Source: Macrostomum hystrix
Lineage: Eukaryota > Animalia > Platyhelminthes
Length of the DNA stretch: 64,000 nucleotides
Direction: 5' to 3'
Assembly: GCA_950097015.1 (NCBI GenBank)
Contig: CATNEN010000039.1
Location: forward strand, 14,818,001-14,882,000
Part shown: in pieces, positions 1 to 13,622 of the stretch
Layout: every line of letters begins with the position of its first letter
How positions within the stretch are numbered: position 1 is the first letter of the stretch
Position numbers and translations under genes: made by a program
The notes under the pieces: model-generated
The model's input: only the letters and a program-made list of their open reading frames with translations
What the model was told of the DNA's origin: nothing
Databases searched by the model: none

Positions 1-683
1 CTGCTTTTGGAAACCACTTATGTGGTAGTAAATTGGCCTTCCTGTTTTTGGGATCTTCAAAAAATTTTGTCCGGCCTACTTCGCTAATTATCCGACTATG
101 ACATTTGTCCTGCAGCATCTCAGAGAACTAGTTCGAATTGAAACACTTTGATGACTTCAAGTGGGCCGTCTCGTCCTTTCATTTTTAACTTGTGTCTTCT
201 TGACAGGCAAACTGTTTCAGCTGCCTGCCTCGGCCAAGTGCCCTCCTGTGCATCAGCTAAACACCATCATCGGCCTGACACTCATGGCCACGTGTAATTA
301 TAGACCTTTTCATTCAATATGCTGCCACGAGTTAGAAGTGAATCCAGGTGTGTCGCACATTCTATAATGTAGCCTTCAGCACCTGTGCTATGCAAAGGCT
401 CTATGATCTCCCCTCTAGCAGGCTATGAATGCATTCTTGTAGTCGTTTTTGTTTCTTAAAGTTTTTTAAGTCAAAAGATTTGCGCACTTAATTTACCCGT
501 TATGAGACTGTCCTTCTGACTGTCTAATTTTTTCTGTTTGTTTTATTTTGTTTTAAATAACTTTCTAAGAAGAGTAACTTAAACAATAAGTTGATTTAGA
601 AAATCTGAATACTGATGATAATTTAATTATATACAAAGCTGTCACTAATGATTGTCAAGAGGTATAGTAACGCAGTAGATATA

Positions 684-830
684 GTTACTGATACCTGTAC
701 TCATTTAAAAACGGTGTGAACTGATGCAATTCAGAGTTAAGTGTCTTGCTAAGTGACACAAATTGTTCTAGTGAAGTCAGGAATCGAACCCCCGGCCATC
801 AAGACATGAGTCCTATGAATTAAGCACAGG
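684..830 (-). mobile_element. Degenerate tRNA-derived SINE, family B (CORE-like body)
   Basis: Minus strand has B-box GGTTCGATTCC followed by tgtgtcacttagcaagacacttaactctg; colinear with 15722-15872. Confidence 0.65.
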
Positions 831-2263
831 TAAGAATGACTAAAAGCAGGAATAACAGATTAGATACTACAACACAGGTAAGATGGATTAACAAGTGAAA
901 TGCTACAACACTGGTAATAATATTTAAAAACACCAGCGAGATTCTGCGGTTTCAGGCAAGAATTATGACACTGGATTAACAGGTGAGACTATGGATCATT
1001 ATATAACTCCCAGATAACTAGCAGATGGGATTCTAGGTGAGACACTTGACTGCAAAATGTCAGGTAACCATGCAGCTCCCAGAGACGCCTGCATGCCTGC
1101 AGCTGCTTGTTGACTCCTTGTTAAGATTGACCGAAATGGAATGTGCCGACAATGACATCCATTACTGCAGAGCACTGGACATGCCCTAGCCTCTGTTTCC
1201 GACTGAATTAGCGACGCAGTCAGCTGGATGGCTTCATTTTTTCTTTAAAAAAAGATACTTGAACCAGCGACAACTGCCTTTATAATATCTTTGTGGACCT
1301 GCATGAGGAACCTTGTCTTGGCAACTGTGTTTCCGCCGAGCTTCCTCATCAGCATAGGTTAGACCGACACATGACTGAAGAACTGCCAAAGACTATTGGC
1401 ACACACATGATCAAGTGCGCGCATGTGACACCAGGGAATCAGCGGCAAGGGGGTCAGAGTAGGTCTTGTTGACACACTCCACTCGTGACAGAGAGCGAAT
1501 TATGTACCCCCGCAGACAAAAAACTGGACCTCTAAGCGGCAATTAAGGCTGGACTGTCTGTGGCCAAACCGGCTTCTTGAGTCAAACAGCTTCGCGCAGC
1601 AGCAGCAGCAGCAGCTAGTCCTAGTCTGTTTCTTTGACACAAACGAGTCAGTTGGCATCGAGACGCTGTGGGGTGCCCCCTCACTCCCCCGTCCCCCGGA
1701 TGAAGCTTGTTATCCCCGCTTTCCCTGGGTCAATTTCCCAGACTCGGCGGGGAGTCGAGTGGGATAAAAGACAGAGACTTAAAATCCAGTTTGTTATCCT
1801 CTCTCAGGTGCCATATTGCTTTCAATCAGGGAAGGAACGAATAGGATTCCGGCGACCTACCCCCGAACGGGTCGGCCGATAATTGGCTGGGCGCTGGAGA
1901 TGAGGGAGGCGAAAGTGACGGAACACTTGTTGCCGGGCGCTACTCGCGGTGGCCAATCCGAGAGCTACGCCAGCCCTGTTCCCCCCACCGATCCAATTCT
2001 CCCGTAGCGTTCCAAGTGTCCCAACTTTTCCTCATCTGAACAGCCACCCCGCGCCGCCAGGAAGGAACAGCATCAGCAGCAGCGGCGGCGGAGCAACCAC
2101 TCCGGACCTTCAGGTAGCATTTAAAACCAGACCGGTTTCCTGAGAGCCGCCAACTTGCGCTAAGACATTTCAGTGTTTAAAAAGGATCCCATTACTTTAT
2201 CCCACACATTATCCACTTATCCACTTATCCAAGATTATCCACTCCAGTCGCATCTGCTCCGAC

Positions 2264-5200
2264 ATGACAGCCACAGGTGACGGCACGCGGGCGCCAAAGT
2301 CACCGCTGCTGATGGCTAAACTGCTGCAGCAGCAGCCGCAGTCCACGCCAATACACCCCGCCGCTGCGGCCTCATCGAATGGTAAGTTTTCTGCTTTTTT
2401 TCGTTTCTCAAGCATTTCTTATTTCCGCTGACTCTTCTCCCGTCTCTCGTTTCTTTTCTGCCATTTCTGATCTCCCATTTCCCATCTCTCGTCTCTCTTC
2501 TCTGATCTCTCCGCTCTCTCCCACCATCTCTCCGCTCTCTTCTCCTATCTCTCCGCTCTCTCCTCCCATCTCTCCGCTCTCTCCTCCCATCTCTCCGCTC
2601 TCTCCTCCCATCTCTCCGCTCTCTCCTCCCATCTCTCCGCTCTCTCCTCCCATCTCTCCGCTCTCTTCTCCCATCTCTCCGCTCTCTTCTCCCATCTCTC
2701 CGCTCTCTTCTCCCATCTCTCCGCTCTCTTCTCCCATCTCTCCGCTCTCTCCTCCGATCTCTCAGCTCTCTCCTCCGATCTCTCAGCTCTCTCCTCTGAT
2801 CTCTTCATTATTTTCTTAGATCTCTCCTTTCTATTCTCCGCCTGTAAGCCCGATAAGTATAATTTTTACCCGTTTGACTTCGCAAACAATTCTCAATATG
2901 CCTCTTTAGTCACAACCCTGATATCTTGCGCAGTCTGGATTCCTAGCAGGTGAATATGTTGCAAAAATATTTACAGCTACCTCAAACTTCTCTGTCTATT
3001 TGATATTTTGCGATTTATTAGGGCCTCCGTATTCGTTTAGAGGAACCGGTCCACATAGCAACAGCATAGCAACAACTTAGTTCACAATTGGCTGGTGGAC
3101 AAACAATTGGCTAGAAATAAGATTGTGATCTCACAGAATCCGATTGCTTCCCGGACCCATTGTCCAGGTGTTTGGGTTTCAGTAATCAAGTGCCTAGAAT
3201 TATCAAGTCTTAGCTATCAATCAGGCCTGCCATCTCTGTGTGCATCTCGATGGAATCCTGACTGTTCTCTTGAAGGTCGGCCGCCTGCGGCGTCGCGTAG
3301 CAACTAAAACCAGAGTCGCGTGCCCCATAGAACTGCATTTGCTATAAGCTAAACTCTGTGGCGAAACGGTTATAACAAACAGGCACTTTCTATCGGTAGC
3401 CACTGCAATAAATTTGTTAAACATAATATTGCATTCGGTGTCCGTCTATGGGGAAAATCTAATTTATGACCTGGACTACGTTTATGTAAAAAATAAATTT
3501 TGAGATTCAAAAAAAGAGAAGCTGAGACCGAGAGTTAAAGAAGGCGAGAAAAGAGTAGATGAGGCAGAGAATAGATTATGTGAGACAGAGAATAGATTAT
3601 GTGAGACAGAGAATAGATTATGTGAGACAGAGAATAGATTATGTGAGACAGAGAATAGATTATGTGAGACAGAGAATAGTTTATATGAGACAGAGAATAG
3701 TTTATATGAGACAGAGAATAGATTATGTGAGACAGAGAATAGATTATGTGAGACAGAGAATAGATTATGTGAGACAGAGAATAGATTATGTGAGACAGAG
3801 AATAGATTATGTGAGACAAAGAATAGATTATGTGAGACAGAGAATAGTTTATGTGAGACAGAGAATAGATTATGTGAGGCAGAGAATAGTTTATGCGGGA
3901 CAGAGAATAGATTATGTGAGACAGAGAATAGATTATGTGAGACAGAGAATAGATTATGTGAGACAGAATAGTTTATGTGAGACAGAGAATAGATTATGTG
4001 AGACAGAGAATAGTTTATGTGAGACAGAGAATAGATTATGTGAGACAGAGAATAGTTTATGTGAGACAGAGAATAGATTATGTGAGACAGAGAATAGTTT
4101 ATGTGAGACAGAGAATAGATTATGTGAGACAGATAATAGATTATGTGAGACAGAGAATAGACTATGTGAGACAGAGAATAGATTATGTGAGACAGAGAAT
4201 AGATTATGTGAGACAGAGAATAGATTATGTGAGACAGAGAATAGATTATGTGAGACAGAGAATAGTTTATGTGAGACAGAGAATAGATTATGTGAGACAG
4301 AGAATAGAGAAGGTGAGACAGAGAATAGATTATGTGAGACAGAGAATAGATTATGTGAGACAGAGAATAGATTATGTGAGACAGAGAATAGATTATGTGA
4401 GACAGAGAATAGATTATGTGAGACAGAGAATAGTTTATGTGAGACAGAGAATAGATTATGTGAGGCAGAGAATAGTTTATGCGGGACAGAGAATAGATTA
4501 TGTGAGACAGAGAATAGATTATGTGAGACAGAGAATAGATTATGTGAGACAGAATAGTTTATGTGAGACAGAGAATAGATTATGTGAGACAGAGAATAGT
4601 TTATGTGAGACAGAGAATAGATTATGTGAGACAGAGAATAGTTTATGTGAGACAGAGAATAGATTATGTGAGACAGAGAATAGTTTATGTGAGACAGAGA
4701 ATAGATTATGTGAGACAGATAATAGATTATGTGAGACAGAGAATAGACTATGTGAGACAGAGAATAGATTATGTGAGACAGAGAATAGATTATGTGAGAC
4801 AGAGAATAGATTATGTGAGACAGAGAATAGTTTATGTGAGACAGAGAATAGATTATGTGAGACAGAGAATAGAGAAGGTGAGACAGAGAATAGATTATGT
4901 GAGACAGAGAATAGATTATGTGAGACAGAGAATAGATTATGTGAGACAGAGAATAGAGAAGGTGAGACAGAGAATAGATTATGTGAGACAGAGAATAGAT
5001 TATGTGAGACAGAGAATAGTTTATGTGAGACAGAGAATAGATTATGTGAGACAGAGAATAGATTATGTGAGACAGAGAATAGATTATGTGAGACAGAGAA
5101 TAGTTTATGTGAGACAGAGAATAGATTATGTGAGACAGAGAATAGAGAAGGTGAGACAGAGAATAGATTATGTGAGACAGAATAGTTTATGTGAGACAGA

Positions 5201-8200
5201 GAATAGATTATGTGAGGCAGAGAATAGTTTATGCGGGACAGAGAATAGATTATGTGAGACAGAGAATAGATTATGTGAGACAGAGAATAGATTATGTGAG
5301 ACAGAGAATAGATTATGTGAGACAGAGAATAGAGAGGGTGAGACAGAGAATAGAGAGGGTGAGACAGAGAATATAGAAGCAAGTCGAGATCAGCAGTCAC
5401 GGGAGCTAAGAGAACAGAGCGGAGCTGCATGCATTTGCCAAACCGAACAGCGTCCTCAGAAATTCCAGAAGCGCAGGTCACAGGTGGCATTGCTGGGCCA
5501 TTGAAGCTCGTCAGAGTTAGGCAAGTTTCTTAGCGCTCGAGTGGGTTCGAATTCTGCAACTCGCCATCAGCTGGTAGTTTTTTGTAAGTCTTCTTAGCCG
5601 TACAGCAGTTTTCCTAGTTGCTTGGTGATTTTGGTTGCCAAGCGCGGAGGACCAGACGGGGATTTCAAGAACGCTGTGAGGGACAGTCCGGGTTTTCAAT
5701 CACTTCCAGTCATCCGGGCAGTTGTTCTTCCATGGTTGTAGGGGAGGAAAGACTTCAGCGTCCGCCACCGACTGAGCTTGGCACTCCTATTAACTACCTC
5801 CTGATTGATGTCCTTGACTGGATTCAGTTTAGGATTAGCTGCACTTGGGGGGGGGAAAGGCGTTTTGGAGAGGATGGGATCACAACTGCTGATGGGATGT
5901 CAGCATAAGGTGGGCGGAGTGCCTGAGGGGACTGACGGCTCCAGCGGCGGCTACTTTTCGTTTCTCTTTTTTGTAAAAAAAATTAGTAATTTTCTGTCAC
6001 CATGGTTTGCATTAGTTTCATCTTCTATTGGCTGGGTAGTTAAACGTATTACCCAAGTGGGTTGGCAAATCGTAGGTTAAGTAAGCTGGTTGGTGTTTGG
6101 GAAGGTAAGTAGGTAGGTAAGTAGATAGGTAAGTAGGTAGGTAAGTTGGTAGGTTTTTGGGTAGGTAAGTAGGTAGGTAAGTTGGTAGGTTTTTGGGTAG
6201 GTAAGTAGGTAGGTAAGTTGGTAGGTTTTTGGGTAGGTAAGTAGGTAGGTAAGTAGGTAGGTAAGTTGGTAGGTTTTTGGGTAGGTAAGTAGGTAGGTAA
6301 GTTGGTAGGTTTTTGGGTAGGTAAGTAGGTAGGTAAGTAGGTAGGTAAGTAGGTAGGTAAGTAGGTAGGTAAGTAGGTAGGTTTTTGGGTAGGTAAGTAG
6401 GTAGGTAAGTAGGTAGGTAAGTAGGTAGGTTTTTGGGTAGGTAAGTAGGTAGGTAAGTAGGTAGGTTTTTGGGTAGGTAAGTAGGTAGGTAAGTTGGTAG
6501 GTTATTAGGAAGGTATGTAGGTAGGTAAGTTGGTAGCTTATTGGGTAGGTAAGTAGGTAGGTAAGTTGGTAGCTTATTGGGAAGGTAAGTAGGTAGGTAA
6601 GTTGGTAGGTTATTGGGAAGGTAAGTAGGTAGGTAAGTAAGTAGGTTATTGGGTAGGTAAGTAGGTAGGTAAGTAAGTAGGTTATTGGGTAGGTAAGTTG
6701 GTAGGTTATTGGGTAGGTAAGTAGGTAGGTAAGTTGGTAGGTTATTGGGTAGGTAAGTAGGTTGGTAAGTTGGTAGTTTATTGGGTAGGTAAGTAGGTTG
6801 GTAAGTTGGTAGGTTATTGGGAAGGTATGTAGGTAGGTAAGTTGGTAGGTTATTGGGTAGGTAAGTTGGTAGGTTATTGGGTAGGTAAGTAGGTTGGTAA
6901 GTTGGTAGTTTATTGGGTAGGTAAGTAGGTAGGTAAGTTGGTAGGTTATTGGGAAGGTATGTAGGTAGGTAAGTTGGTAGGTAAGTAGGTAGGTAAGTTG
7001 GTAGGTTATTGGGTAGGTAAGTAGTTAGGTAAGTTAGTAGGTTATTGGGAAGTTAAGTAGGTAAGTAAGTTGGTAGGTTATTGGGAAGGTAAGTAGGTAG
7101 GTAAGTTGGTAGGTTATTGGGTAGGTAAGTAGGTAGGTAAGTTGGTAGGTTATTGGGTAGGTAAGTAGGTAGGTAAGTAAGTAGGTTATTGGGTAGGTAA
7201 GTAGGTAGGTAAGTTGGTAGGTTATTGGGAAGGTATGTAGGTAGGTAAGTTGGTAGGTTATTGGGTAGGTAAGTAGGTAGGTAAGTTGGTAGGTTATTGG
7301 GTAGGTAAGTAGGTAGGTAAGTTGGTAGGTTATTGGGAAGGTAAGTAGGTAAGTAAGTTGGTAGGTTTTTTGGAAGGTAAGTAGGTAGGTAAGTTGGTAG
7401 GTTATTGGGAAGGTAAGTAGGTAGGTAAGTTGGTAGGTTATTGGGAAGGTAAGTAGGTAGGTAAGTAAGTAGGTTATTGGGTAGGTTATTGGGAAGGTAA
7501 GTAGGTAGGTAAGTAAGTAGGTTATTGGGTAGGTAAGTAGGTAGGTAAGTAAGTAGGTTATTGGGTAGGTAAGTAGGTTGGTATGTTGGTAGTTTATTGG
7601 GTAGGTAAGTAGGTAGGTAAGTTGGTAGGTTATTGGGAAGGTATGTAGGTAGGAAAGTTGGTAGGTTATTGGGTAGGTAAGTAGGTAGGTAAGTTGGTAG
7701 GTTATTGGGTAGGTAAGTAGGTAGGTAAGTAAGTAGGTTATTGGGTAGGTAAGTAGGTTGGTAAGTTGGTAGTTTATTGGGTAGGTAAGTAGGTAGGTAA
7801 GTAGGTTGGTAAGTTGGTAGTTTATTGGGTAGGTAAGTAGGTAGGTAAGTTGGTAGGTTATTGGGAAGGTATGTAGGTAGGTAAGTTGGTAGGTTATTGG
7901 GTAGGTAAGTAGGTAGGTAAGTTGGTAGGTTATTGGGTAGGTAAGTAGGTAGGTAAGTTGGTAGGTTATTGGGTAGGTAAGTAGGTAGGTAAGTTGGTAG
8001 GTTATTGGGAAGGTAAGTAGGTAGGTAAGTTGGTAGGTTATTGGGAAGGTAAGTAGGTAGGTAAGTTGGTAGGTTATTGGGAAGGTAAGTAGGTAGGTAA
8101 GTAAGTAGGTTATTGGGTAGGTTATTGGGAAGATAAGTAGGTAGGTAAGTAAGTAGGTTATTGGGTAGGTAAGTAGGTAGGTAAGTAAGTAGGTTATTGG

Positions 8201-8667
8201 GAAGGTAAGTAGGTAGGTAAGTTGGTAGGTTATTGGGAAGGTAAGTAGGTAGGTAAGTTGGTAGGTTATTGGGAAGGTAGATAAATAAGTACTCGTGTGT
8301 CGATAAAACATTTAGTAACATGTTTGTAGGTAAATAAGTAACTTATACAGGCCTAATTTATCAGTTGGACAGTTGCACAACTCAATGGAACTCAACTTAG
8401 CCATAAAGCAGTATGTTTAATTTCATATTAAACATGATTTTGTAGAAACTCAAGAAAAAATGTTAAGTTCTTATCAGAGAAAATTGTTCGAAATGCTGAT
8501 GTCGATTACTCCGTCTCATTTTTATCAGGCATTGGAACATCAGCATCGCCAGTTTCTCTTGAGCTGCAGCAGCCGCTTTTTCGACCGCATCCTCTGCGCT
8601 TTCCGCTGTTCGGCTTTCAAAGTAGAGGCGGCAGCGGCGACTTCGACATAAGCAGGTTGCTACAGCC

Positions 8668-8698
<31 letters not shown>

Positions 8699-9096
8699 TG
8701 CCTGCGACAGTTCAGTCACTTTCCTCAGGCTGCTGCAGCCGCCGCAGCTTACCAACATTATCGCCAGCTGAATCTTCACCTCCACCAACGGCTCCAATAT
8801 TTTCGGCAGCAGCAACAGCAGCATCAGCAGCAGCAGCCGCCATCGCTCGCCACCCTTTCAACCATGTACCCTTGGCTGCAGAGTCTACAACAGGAAGACC
8901 TCTTGTCGAATTCTCAGGCATCTCAGATTCCGGCGCCACCTCCGCAGCCGCTTGGCGTTTCCAAGCAACAGCAGCTGCAGCAGCAGCAGCAAATCCAACG
9001 CAGTGCAATGTCTCATTCGCTTTTATCTACAACTACATCAACAATTAATCAAGAGCAGGACGATGATGAACCAAAGCTGATGGCTAGCAGATCAGA

Positions 9097-9132
<36 letters not shown>

Positions 9133-9799
9133 GTCTCGCGGGATGTCACTAACTTGCGCTATCTGCGATCGATCCTATAGTTCGCAGAGGAATCTAGAGA
9201 GGCACAGAGTCTCCAGCCACCAGCACCATCAGCACCAGCACCAGCACGGCCTAGACGCTCGCGAGTGTCCCGTGTGCTGCAAGGCCTACATCTCGCAGGC
9301 CGCATTCGCTATGCACCTGCGCAGTCACAATCAGCCATGTTTGTGCAAATTCTGCGGCAAACGATTCAGCAGGCCATGGTTGCTCCAAGGTCAGCTGAAT
9401 TGCAAATCATTTTTCAGTTACCCTAAAATACGTCCGGTGTTAAACATAACTCCTTTGATGCTCAACTTTATCTTCTATTCTCTTCTAGGCCACCTGCGCA
9501 CCCACACCGGCGAGCGTCCGTTCGCCTGCCACCTGTGCGGCAAGTCATTCGCCGACAAGTCGAATCTGCGGGCGCACGTGCAGACGCACTCCAAGGACAA
9601 GCCGTACCAATGCGGCCGCTGCGGCAAGAGGTTCGCCCTGAAGAGCTACCTCAGCAAGCACGCTGACAGTTCATGCATGAGGCGTGAGCGATTCATGATC
9701 GCCACGGGGATGTCAGCGATTAGTTCTTCGACATCGGCAGCTGCGGTCGCTGCGGCCGCGGCAGCGGTTGCGGCTGCTGCCACGGCTGAAATCAAATGA
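2264..9799 (+). CDS. scrt: Scratch/CES-1-like Snail-superfamily C2H2 transcription factor; exons 2264-2381, 8529-9389, 9489-9799
   Basis: Five C2H2 fingers with [28 protein letters not shown] and the Scratch-type last finger [10 protein letters not shown]; polyQ tracts. Donor g|gtaagt at 2382 and acceptor tttatcag| at 8528 are both phase 1 and keep the frame open. Exon 1 is less certain than exons 2-3. Confidence 0.85.
2490..2805. repeat. 21-bp pyrimidine-rich minisatellite (ctctcctcccatctctccgct)
   Basis: About 15 tandem units, shortly after the intron 1 donor. Confidence 0.95.
3560..5372. repeat. 21-bp minisatellite (gagacagagaatagattatgt) with higher-order blocks
   Basis: Direct tandem units; a 2-bp-deleted variant recurs near 3960, 4546 and 5174. 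Confidence 0.97.
6100..8280. repeat. GTAG/GTAA-based minisatellite, about 36-bp higher-order unit
   Basis: Tandem gtaggtaagtaggtaggtaagttggtaggttattgg variants. Confidence 0.97.
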
Positions 9800-11529
9800 A
9801 CTATTGAAAAGCTGCTTAACCGATCGTGGTTCGTGAAGTGAAGATTTTCACGTATTTCACGTATTTCTATTAGAAAAACTTATCACCTTTTATAGTTGTA
9901 CTTCTAGTTTACTGTTTGATTGATCATAATATTGCGCACTTTAAGTCAAACTGAGAGCTAATTATTTCTTTTTCGTGTATCAACCGTATCTCAGTGATTG
10001 CTTTTGGATATTGACCATAACTCCAAAATCGCATTTGATATCGAAAATTAACAATAATTTTCCATACAGTCAGTACCATGAACTGTATATAGTTTTAGTG
10101 ATAAATTAACAATTGAGATAAATAACAGTTTTTTATAACTCAAAGTTCAGTGAGCAGCGTTATTCAAATCTTCAGGCGATAAACGCCATACATGAAAAAT
10201 GATTTGTTAGTTTGTTCAATTGTGTTTCTTGTTTTAAACTGTCAATGTTATGTTAAATATGACTGCTATTATAACTTGCATGCCTTATTCATCGCTACAC
10301 TAGAATTTCATTAAATTTTGTCATTTAATTTTTTACCAATGATATGTGCATCGGTTGCATATGTTTTTTCTTGACTTTACTTAAAAAGTAGACAGTTAAT
10401 AACTAGAAAAAATTGCGAAATAAAAAACTTTAATCATTTGTTTGCTCATCAATATAATATACATGTATTTTCCGTTGTACTACTTAAGGCATACAATAGC
10501 ACAATAAATCAACCTTTCAGCATCCTGCATGTCTATTATTTTTTAAAATTTTTGCGACTTCATTCCTTACTTTTCCTGCTACTAAAAATTACAAGTCGTG
10601 AATGAAGAAACTGTAGTTCTGTATTTTTTACGTGATTGATTACAATAATTTTCTAAGCGACTGGCGTATGCATCAATATAATTAGTGCTTAGTACTCCAG
10701 TATCAGTATGTGATAAGTAGCTATTAGAAACTTTGGTATGGAGTCTGGCCCCTGAATCAAGAGTAACACGGCAACAAATTATGCAGGGTCCTGTGAGCCG
10801 GGTCTGAACAAAAATGTACACGTGTATAAAACAATTTGAAGTTGACTAGAATTCAAGAAGATAATTGAAACAGTCGTATAAAGTAACTACAAAAAGTATC
10901 GATTAGTATGTAAAAAATGAGTCCTTTGTTCTACTATTTGTTATAAAATTTAGGGTCCTATTATGCGAATTTGATTTGGGTCTACGAAAAGATTATGTCT
11001 ACGGCCGGCTGGCCGGCCGGACGTCGGTCTGAATTGACTTTTAGGCAGGTACTTTCAAATTGTCAGGATAAACAAGTGTGAACAGCTGCTGTGTTCAGTG
11101 CTAAACAAGAAGTTAGACATTTAATTTATAAACGTGCACTTTTTTCTGCAACTATAGTTCTAATTGTTGCGGGGCTGTCTTCGTGTGTATGTTTGGCTTG
11201 CTTGTGTAATTTATATCCCAATGCGCAATGCCCAATATGCCATTTCCACCAAGTCGTCGTAGGGTTTTCTTTCTCTAACTAGGCCCCTACGAGTATCACC
11301 CTGTTTTTTTCACCAAGCTGTAGTTAATTTACCTTTTTGGCTCCAGTTGGTTATTTTTTAGATCAAGTTGGACAGACTGCTGAGGCTCAGACTGCGCTAA
11401 ATCGCCTGCAATCGAATTTAGGATTGACCATAGAAAGCCAAGTCTTTTGCGCTCTAGTTGGTCTTTTTTGCATTCTATTTGGACAAAAATCTCTTCACTA
11501 CTCCTGTCCTCTCTGTCTCTTCAGTCATC

Positions 11530-12112
11530 ATGGGTGAGCATGGCCCGTATTTGAAAATTAACGCTGTTGAATTACTGAGGCTGATCACTGCCTACGAGAA
11601 GGACTCTGATTGGAGGACATTGGCTCAGCAACTGGGCATCAAGTGCACAACAGCAAGCAACATCATCCGCGTGTATACAGATTTTGGATGCACAGAGCCT
11701 CAGGCAAGAGGGGGTCCAAAAAGGAAGCATCTGACTGATGCCATGATTGGTGAAGTCATAGCTCATGTTGCTGCTCAGCCGATGGCGACATTAAAGACCA
11801 CGCAGAGCCTTCTGGTTCAACAGTTTCCAGACCAGCCAGTCCTGTCTCTCTCTGCGATCAGTCGAGTGCTGGATGGACAAATGGTCACTCTGAAATTGGT
11901 CAGGCAAAACCCAGTGGACTGGAACACCCCAGTGAACAAGGAGGCTCGGTGCATGCATGCGCAATGGATGCTGGCGATGGCATGCAGAAGCACCTTATTT
12001 ACCTTGATGAGTTCTGGGTGAATCTATGGACAACGCGAACCCAGGGCTGGGCTCCCAGCAGACAACATGCCATTTTGGTTGTCAATGGTCAGCAAAGCCA
12101 GAACCTGACAAT
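11530..12112 (+). pseudogene. Truncated, frameshifted IS630/Tc1-mariner transposase
   Basis: HTH-like N-terminus (WRTLAQQLGIKCTTASNII), RGG linker, second HTH, then a frameshift near 11970 into IYLDE..NLWTTRTQG (first catalytic Asp region). The rest of the DDE domain is absent; TIRs not identified. Confidence 0.75.
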
Positions 12113-13622
12113 GTCAAGTTTTCAATGTCAAGTCTGTCTTTTTGGCTTACGCGAGTGGTTATATTTAGGCCTATACTCCCCGTCCACACCAGGGAGGGAG
12201 GAAAACTTTAAACAATAGGGCCTACCCTTCGAGTAAAAATAAATGTTTTTGGCAGGAATTTGGTTTAGAAGTTATATGGTATTAAAACAGGTCTGCCTCA
12301 AAAGTTTATTTAATGAAAAATGAAAAATATGACAAAGCTATAGTATAGTATAGATTATGCCAACAGAGTAATTTTACCTTTCTGTGAATCAGGTTTTAAT
12401 TAGTTATTAGTATTGAAGACCCAGAAATATGAGGTAATTTTCTTAGTAGGCCTAGGGCCTATATATCCTAATTTACTGGTATACTTAGGTTATTGTATGA
12501 ACTTCTTGTCATACAACTCAGACACCACTCACCAACTGAGTGAGTGGTGTCTGAGTGATTCAAATGGTTATGCTTTCTTAGTATATTTTTAATATAAGTA
12601 TTGTGAGTAAAAATTAATACATACATTAAAAAAATTTCTAAATATTTCTATAGTATTTGAATTTTACCTAGTTTCCATTTTTGTATTTTTTTATTCTTTG
12701 AATATTCAACTTCTCCTTTTGTTTAAAAATGAATGCAAAACTTAACATAAGTCTCATTTAAAAGTGAGTTCGGATTTTTTTTCTTATCATTTAAAGGGCT
12801 AATGCAAATTGTGTCTTTTCCCCTTAAAATTGGTATCACTTTGATACCCACTATGAAATATATATTATAATACTTATGGCAGCAACTTAAATTACAAATT
12901 CAAGAGAAAGGGTTAAGTGTTAAAAACTGAAATGGCTAATATTTGTAGAATTTGTTTATAAAGTGTAACTGAGCTTATAACTTTTGCTTTCTCTCTCTTG
13001 GTTGCATATCCTTCTTACCTCTTGTTCCTTCTTTCTCTCTCTAACTCTTAGTATTCTTGCTTAATGCTCTTTCTAGGTGACACTGAAAAGGGCCGTTTTA
13101 ATTCCACAACTCTTACATTGTGGGCTTTCCTTAAGGTAGGCCCTAGCGCTTTGCACTGGCATGAGTGGTTTTATCCTTCTAAGGCACTGTCCCTTATTCT
13201 CCAGTCTTAGCTGGGTGTTTCTCCAGGATTAGAGAGTCACAACCTCAATCTCTGTCTTATTTCCACACTGGGCACTATCTCCTTAGTATATTGAATAACA
13301 CAACTTCACTTATTCAAAGATAGTACTCAGGTATTGCCTAAAATTCGGCCCACTGGCGAGGTGTATTTTTCATAGTAAAATTTCTCCTTTATATACTGTT
13401 TTTTTATTTGTTTCAGTAAAGTAGTTTCCTAAAATATATAATATATTTAGATTATATGGCATGTAGATTTTTTAAGTGCAGGAATATACAAAATATTTGA
13501 AATTTACTGTATTATTTCAAAACACAGGAATCGCAAAAATATTGGACTATTACAAAAGCTATTTTGCAAGCAACATACATGCCTAACTTCAAAATTTCAC
13601 CCATCCGATGCATCATACTTTT

